Made by a program: the position numbers and the translations under genes
DNA from: Candidatus Marinacidobacterales bacterium
GTDB taxonomy: Bacteria; Acidobacteriota; Vicinamibacteria; Marinacidobacterales; DATDRI01
DNA length: 64,000 bases
NCBI GenBank assembly: GCA_965226495.1
Contig: OZ245365.1
Location: forward strand, 5,952,001-6,016,000
Direction of reading: 5' to 3'
The notes under the pieces: model-generated
Told to the model about the DNA's origin: nothing
What the model saw: the letters and a program-made list of their open reading frames with translations, nothing else
Databases searched by the model: none
Shown here: piece by piece, positions 59,156 through 64,000 of the stretch
Layout of the letters: the number at the start of each line of letters is the position of its first letter
How positions within the stretch are numbered: the first letter of the stretch is position 1

Positions 59156-60241
59156 CTATAGACGACGCGGTTTGTGTTTTTTCACCGCCTTGTGAAGAGC
59201 GGCGGTCTTCTTGTTCTCGATCCTTCTCGCGGCGTCGTCCTGTTGAAGCTCCAAGAAACGGAGCTCTTTTCCGAGAGCCCGAAAGCTTTCGAGTCGGTCG
59301 GCACCGAGCTGTCCGTTTTCTACTGCACCGAGGACAGCGCAACCCGGTTCACTCTCATGGCTACAGTCCCGGAACTGGCAATCCGCGGTAAGTTCTTCGA
59401 TGTCCTTGAACGCGTCGCCGAGCCCTTCGTCGGCACTCCAGAGTGCGAGCTCTCGAATCCCCGGATTATCGATCAGCAAGCCCCCTTCCGGGAGCAGAAC
59501 GAGCTGACGATGTGTGGTCGTGTGCTTCCCTTTTTCATCTCGTGCTCGGACCTCCTGCGTCCGCAGTACGTCTCTTCCACAGAGACGATTGACCAACGTC
59601 GATTTTCCGACGCCAGACGATCCGATGAGTGCAATCGTCTCGCCCTTATTAATGTAGGAGCCCAGGGCCGAGAGACCGTCGCCGGCCAAGAAACTTACCG
59701 TCAGCACAGTAGCTCCTGGCGCGATGGTCTCGATTTCGTCACGCCTTTCGTCCAGCGTATCGCAGAGATCGGCCTTGTTGAGGACCACCACCGGGAGAGC
59801 GCCGCTTTCCCAGGCGGTAACCAGCAAACGCTCCATCCGTCGCGGATTGAAATCACCGTCCAATCCCATCACCAGGAAGACGGTGTCGAGGTTCGCAGCA
59901 ACAGCTTGCTCCCGAGTTCGCGTCCCCGCCACTTTGCGGGAAAACTTGCTCTTCCTGGGAAGGACCGCTTGGATTCGGGCCTGGGAATCTCCGGCCCTTG
60001 GCGACTCGATGGCCACCCAATCACCCACGATTGGCAGATCATGTGGTTCGTCAGCTTGATGCCGCATCCGACCGGTGGTGACGGCGTCGATCTCTCCGGC
60101 GTCGGTTACGAGCCGGTAGTGACCGCGCGTCTCGAAGACGACGCGTCCCGGCGAAAGACTTTGTCCGTGGTAGGGCTCGAAGGCGTCGGCAAAGAAGGCC
60201 GACCAGCCATAGTCAACTATGCTCATTGGAGTTTCCCCCAT
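59156..60241 (-). CDS. rsgA: Ribosome small subunit-dependent GTPase A
   Basis: VGDWV, NKAD, GSSGVGKST, GKHTT, DNPG, CQFRDCSH..EPGCAV. Confidence 0.95.
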   Translation of the reverse strand: MGETPMSIVDYGWSAFFADAFEPYHGQSLSPGRVVFETRGHYRLVTDAGEIDAVTTGRMRHQADEPHDLPIVGDWVAIESPRAGDSQARIQAVLPRKSKFSRKVAGTRTREQAVAANLDTVFLVMGLDGDFNPRRMERLLVTAWESGALPVVVLNKADLCDTLDERRDEIETIAPGATVLTVSFLAGDGLSALGSYINKGETIALIGSSGVGKSTLVNRLCGRDVLRTQEVRARDEKGKHTTTHRQLVLLPEGGLLIDNPGIRELALWSADEGLGDAFKDIEELTADCQFRDCSHESEPGCAVLGAVENGQLGADRLESFRALGKELRFLELQQDDAARRIENKKTAALHKAVKKHKPRRL

Positions 60242-60420
60242 GGAAACAGATACAGAACGATTTGTCTGAGGAGAAGGCGAGCCGAGGATTAACGGATCGC
60301 CGCGTCCGGGAAACCGACTAGGCTGGTCTAAACAATCATAGGCGAGTTAGTGTCGCACGATCGGCTCAAAGAGGCAAGTCGTTTGAATCGAACACGGAAG
60401 AGGATCTAGTCGGAGACCGT

Positions 60421-60708
60421 TCACATCCTGAACTGCGGAAGGAAGTGCCACGCCTCAAGAACTCCGATCACCCCGACTAGGATGAACACCAGGCCAATCC
60501 AAGCAGATTCGAGGTTGCGGTAGCGGAAGAGACCGAACAGTGAGTTGGCGATAAGAACGATCCCAGCGACCGGGGCGAGCAGCACCAATGCGAGAAAGTG
60601 GTACGCGTCACCGTCAGTCACGAAGCATACATAGAACAGAGGGCCGGCAACCAGAGCGCTGCAGAGGACTCGACAGGTGAGTGTAAAACCACCGAGTCGT
60701 CGGCTCAT
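60421..60708 (-). CDS. Small 3-TM hypothetical protein
   Basis: Hydrophobic 95-aa ORF. Confidence 0.5.
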   Translation of the reverse strand: MSRRLGGFTLTCRVLCSALVAGPLFYVCFVTDGDAYHFLALVLLAPVAGIVLIANSLFGLFRYRNLESAWIGLVFILVGVIGVLEAWHFLPQFRM

Positions 60709-60885
60709 GCGCTCAATCTATGATTACCGTCGGTAATCCATACAACAGTGTAGTTTGGCCCAACTTGTTCCGAATTAGTAGCTTGTGCGGCGACACGGGT
60801 TTTGTGACGTCGGAATTTTTTACAAGAAGGCTGGAGGTTCTTTTGTAAAGTCATTCTAAGTCAGTAGGTTAGAGGGGAGTCCTTG

Positions 60886-60900
60886 TGGCACGCCGCTTGC
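60886..60900 (+). promoter_or_regulatory. Sigma54 promoter of the PEP-CTERM gene
   Basis: Consensus TGGCAC-GCCGC-TTGC; upstream TTTACA/TGTAAA enhancer-like boxes at about 60820-60850. Confidence 0.8.
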
Positions 60901-60939
60901 GTTAAAATCGAAGAGGTTTGCGCACGAAAGAGGTCTCTT

Positions 60940-61692
60940 ATGCAGCTAGGCAGGAACTGGAACGGCGTCGCTAGAAGCGGAATCCTCATTGCCGTTGTGA
61001 TGCTCGCTCCCGCGATGTCGCAGGCCACCGTGCTCTATGATGCATCCTTAGGCACAGCGCCATCCTCACAAGGCTGGGTTTTACCTTTCCCCCCTCTGGC
61101 CGAATCCGTGTCGGTCGGCGTTCTGAGCTTCGAAAGCACATTGCTGGGCTCTGCCGGCTACGTTAAGTCGCCTCCCGTTCTGCTGGATGCGGATGCCGGC
61201 TATCGACTTGCCTTCGAGCTCCGCGTCGTCTCGGAGTCGGCGGGCGCTTCCGTGAATCGTGCGCCGTTCAGCCTCACCGCGGTGTCCGCTAATACCAACC
61301 AAGCGATCGAGCTCGGGTTCAAGCCCGGTGAGATCTTCTCCCAGGATGATTCTCCGCTGTTCGTGCGCGGCGAAGTGGCGGCTTTCACAACGTTCGACTT
61401 CGTCTTATACGAGCTCTTAGTTCAGGGCCCGGGATACCAGCTGCTGGCGAACGGCTCGTCGCTTCTTTCGGGAATGCTTCGCGATTACACTCCGTTCGTA
61501 GGCATCATCGATCCGTACGGAATTCCGAACTTCCTCTTCTTCGGCGACAACACCAGCTCATCGGGAGGCGCCTGGCAGCTCAAGACGCTCGAGCTGACCG
61601 GATTGCCGTGGTCCGAAGTGCCCGAACCTAGCTCGCTCTCACTCGTTTTGCTTGCGGGACTCGTCGCCGTGCTCCGACGGCGGCGGATCTAA
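60940..61692 (+). CDS. PEP-CTERM sorting domain surface protein
   Basis: Signal peptide; C-terminal VPEPSS-TM-RRRR. Confidence 0.92.
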   Translation: MQLGRNWNGVARSGILIAVVMLAPAMSQATVLYDASLGTAPSSQGWVLPFPPLAESVSVGVLSFESTLLGSAGYVKSPPVLLDADAGYRLAFELRVVSESAGASVNRAPFSLTAVSANTNQAIELGFKPGEIFSQDDSPLFVRGEVAAFTTFDFVLYELLVQGPGYQLLANGSSLLSGMLRDYTPFVGIIDPYGIPNFLFFGDNTSSSGGAWQLKTLELTGLPWSEVPEPSSLSLVLLAGLVAVLRRRRI

Positions 61693-61739
61693 TCCTCGCG
61701 CGTTGTCGTCGAACAGCGTGGACCAGAGAGTGAGAGGAC

Positions 61740-61904
61740 TCAGGTGCGCCCCTCTAGCGCGTGATCTCCCGCCATTCGACCATGCGATGCACCGTAACCC
61801 CATTTTGGCATTCGATCGCGAAGGGACATCGAGAATACATCCTCCGGCCTCTTGAAGGTAGGATCCAGCAGCTCGTGTTCTGCCCCGCAGATCTCGCATT
61901 TCAT
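61740..61904 (-). pseudogene. Truncated cassette-like ORF (CxxC N-terminus, DUF2199-like)
   Basis: GAGGAG RBS just after the attC R' box; MKCEICGAEHELLDPTFKRPEDV, 54 aa. Confidence 0.4.
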
Positions 61905-61923
61905 TGATCACGGCTCCTCGTCT

Positions 61924-62044
61924 ACCCAACAGTTGCGATAAGGGGCCGTACGGTCAAAACGTTCCCGGAGGCTCGACGCACCGACCACGTGCCCTCACAC
62001 GCTAACGAAGTCTAAGTACCGTTCGCTCGATCGCATAGTTAGGC
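61924..62044 (-). mobile_element. attC-like integron recombination site
   Basis: Minus strand GCCTAAC-TAT-GCGATCGAG...CTTATCGC-AACT-GTTGGGT, beginning 3 nt after the stop of the beta-lactamase-like gene. Confidence 0.65.
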
Positions 62045-62047
62045 CGC

Positions 62048-62869
62048 CTACCGGCTGAGCTCCAGAACCCCGAGATGCCCGAGCACCCGTCGAGTCACGG
62101 CTTGCCTCGCTGGACCAAACGTTTGGTCGGGCGCCCTCGCCTCCAGAACGTTCGCGAATACGTGTACTCCGGACTCGCGCTCTATCCACCCTATCCACCA
62201 GCCCACATTTTCGGTCTCCGGTAGCACGGCCCACCCAGTCTTCGAGCGGATGGTGTGCTCAGGCGTTTGTTCGCTCACCATCATCTCTTTGACCATCGCC
62301 ATGGTCGTCGGCGAAAAGGGTAAGCCCCCTCTGTATAAGCGCACGAGGAAGTCGACCTGCTCTCGCGGCGAGATTCGTAAATCACCAGTCAACCAGAACT
62401 CGTCAATGCCGCCCGAGATGTCGCCATTTCCGTAATCGACCGTGTCGATGAACTGCTGCATTCGTTCAGGCCCAATACGTCTGGCCAGTTCTTGAAAATG
62501 AGGCACTGCCGAAATTCGAAATGCTGTCTGCAAATCAAGATCTCGATTCAGCTCACTCCTCTTGCGGGTAATTCCGTCCCACTTAATGACGGCATGCTGG
62601 TCAATGATCACGCCGGTCTCGAGTGCCACGAGAGAACTGAAAATCTTGAACGTTGACGCTGGGATCAGTCGGTGATCGACTCGCTCTGCATGTCCAGCAA
62701 GATACGAGTTCTCGTTGAGATCGTAGACAAGGACCGCCCCCACAAATCCTGTGGCATCAATGGACTCTCGAGCCGATGAAAGCTCACGTACGGGCGTCTG
62801 CGCCCCGATTTCGCCTGGCCCGAGGATCGCGAGCAGGCAGGTCAGTATCAGCACCGGTCTTTTGAACAT
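62048..62869 (-). CDS. Class D (OXA-like) beta-lactamase
   Basis: PASTFKI (SxxK), SAV, YGN, FWL, KTG; signal peptide. Confidence 0.9.
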   Translation of the reverse strand: MFKRPVLILTCLLAILGPGEIGAQTPVRELSSARESIDATGFVGAVLVYDLNENSYLAGHAERVDHRLIPASTFKIFSSLVALETGVIIDQHAVIKWDGITRKRSELNRDLDLQTAFRISAVPHFQELARRIGPERMQQFIDTVDYGNGDISGGIDEFWLTGDLRISPREQVDFLVRLYRGGLPFSPTTMAMVKEMMVSEQTPEHTIRSKTGWAVLPETENVGWWIGWIERESGVHVFANVLEARAPDQTFGPARQAVTRRVLGHLGVLELSR

Positions 62870-62963
62870 TCAATTTCAACCTTCGCACGTGGCGGTCTGA
62901 CAGGGCCGCTTCGCGGCGAGCAGGGCCACCCGAAGGGCATCCAAGATGTAGGCACCCCTCGGT

Positions 62964-63587
62964 TCAACACTGCGCCACATATGCGATATCGCCAATGGGA
63001 TGGAGCTCACAGGGGCCCACGAGCTCGCGGAGCCGATCTTCCGTGAAATGCTCCGACGTGAAACCACCCGCTGCAACGATCTCCTGATCCGTGGCGTCCT
63101 GCACCTCGTGTCCCATGTTGGCATACCACTCGCTTCGGGCCGGCACCGACGAGGCGGCGTACACGGTAAGCAGCCGTGAGCCAGCGCGGGGTGAAAGACG
63201 CTTCATTTCATTGAACACGGCCGCCTTGTCGCTCATCGTGCCCCAAGTGTTGGTAAGGCACACCGCAATATCGAACGACGCCCGCATCGGGACCGCTGTC
63301 GCGTCCGATACGAAGAAGTGGAGATGAGGGGCCGCTGCTAACTTTACGGCTTCGGTGATATACGCGACCTCATAATCAAAGCCGACGCCAAACGCGACGT
63401 GGTCATCGAGCTCCATCAAGTGTCGACCCATGCCACAACCGAAGTCGACGATCCGACTCGCCGGAGGGATAAGTCGTCGAAGCAGGGTGGACTCCTCCCG
63501 CAGAAACGACCGGATAGCGACCGGCTGCGTGGCGGGATCCAGGGCTTTGTTCAATAGACCTTGGGCGTAGACCTCATCGTTATTCAC
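62964..63587 (-). CDS. Class I SAM-dependent methyltransferase
   Basis: IVDFGCGMGR motif I. Confidence 0.85.
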   Translation of the reverse strand: MNNDEVYAQGLLNKALDPATQPVAIRSFLREESTLLRRLIPPASRIVDFGCGMGRHLMELDDHVAFGVGFDYEVAYITEAVKLAAAPHLHFFVSDATAVPMRASFDIAVCLTNTWGTMSDKAAVFNEMKRLSPRAGSRLLTVYAASSVPARSEWYANMGHEVQDATDQEIVAAGGFTSEHFTEDRLRELVGPCELHPIGDIAYVAQC

Positions 63588-63634
63588 TGTGAGTCTCGTC
63601 TTCCATCTCGGCGCGCCAGTCGCCGGTATAAGCC

Positions 63635-63707
63635 ACCTAACTACTGGTCATAAGCTGCGAAACTCTGCAGTTGACGCCGCCTCGCCAGCTTGATCGCCTT
63701 GTTGGGC
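63635..63707 (-). mobile_element. attC-like integron recombination site
   Basis: Minus strand GCCCAAC-AAGGCG-ATCAAGCTGGCGA...TCGCAGCTTAT-GACCAGTA-GTTAGGT. Confidence 0.72.
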
Positions 63708-63739
63708 GGCACCTCGGTACAACCGGGGTACATAGCTTA

Positions 63740-63903
63740 CGGATGTCCGGGTACGAGGAAGTCCAAGACGGCATCTGGAACATCCTCTTCTACGAACCCC
63801 TGCTCGGCCGATTCGACGAACGGAGCAAAACCTTTACTGGGGCACCTGCACTTCGGGAAAAGTGTTAAACATGTACCCGGACGTTTTGTCAGCGATGTTC
63901 CCC
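63740..63903 (+). mobile_element. IS481-like transposase 3' remnant and terminal region
   Basis: EEVQDGIWNILFY..LLGRFDER followed by TGTTAAACATGTACCCGG..TGTCAGCGATGTTCCC. Confidence 0.45.
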
Positions 63904-64000
63904 GTTTCTCATGGGCGGGGCATGTTCGTCGACACCCGATACAGAATCGCTCGTTACGCTCCTTGATATTAAGGAACGAGCGCATGGGTGAGCAATGCTG

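Noticed and set aside
62870-62963. attC site between the methyltransferase and the beta-lactamase-like gene
   Set aside because: Only degenerate ends (GCCTAC..., GTTGAAA) and no clear inner-box pairing.

Overview
GC-rich bacterial window, probably Acidobacteriota. This is inferred from ADOP-type ABC permease remnants, a DUF1592/DUF1552/ankyrin trio and a PEP-CTERM gene. The left part is core-like: wzm/wzt, rfaE2, mfd, two PPIases, S4 protein and dusB. It is followed by a bufferin-type MNIO RiPP cluster, moaA, panE, trxA, a thiolase/OB-fold/aminotransferase/acyl-CoA ligase operon, and a scrambled accessory zone of duplicated gene 3' ends, an IS256 remnant and a low-GC insert. The main finding is a tight 7-gene operon at 42596-49114 in which the ORF track splits two genes at in-frame TGA codons that lie exactly at catalytic positions. 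Each TGA is followed by a SECIS-like hairpin. Read through, they encode an AhpD-like CxxU selenoprotein and a membrane-anchored iodothyronine-deiodinase-like selenoprotein (FGSYT-U-PPF). The operon also encodes two tandem cobalamin/Fe-S QueG/reductive-dehalogenase-like proteins, a SelD-associated flavoprotein, a standalone B3/4 tRNA-editing-domain protein and an alkaline-phosphatase-superfamily protein. It is a candidate selenium- and B12-dependent dehalogenation (deiodination) system. The right end carries attC-like sites flanking a methyltransferase and a class D beta-lactamase-like gene. All family calls come from motif recognition by eye; no database searches were run.
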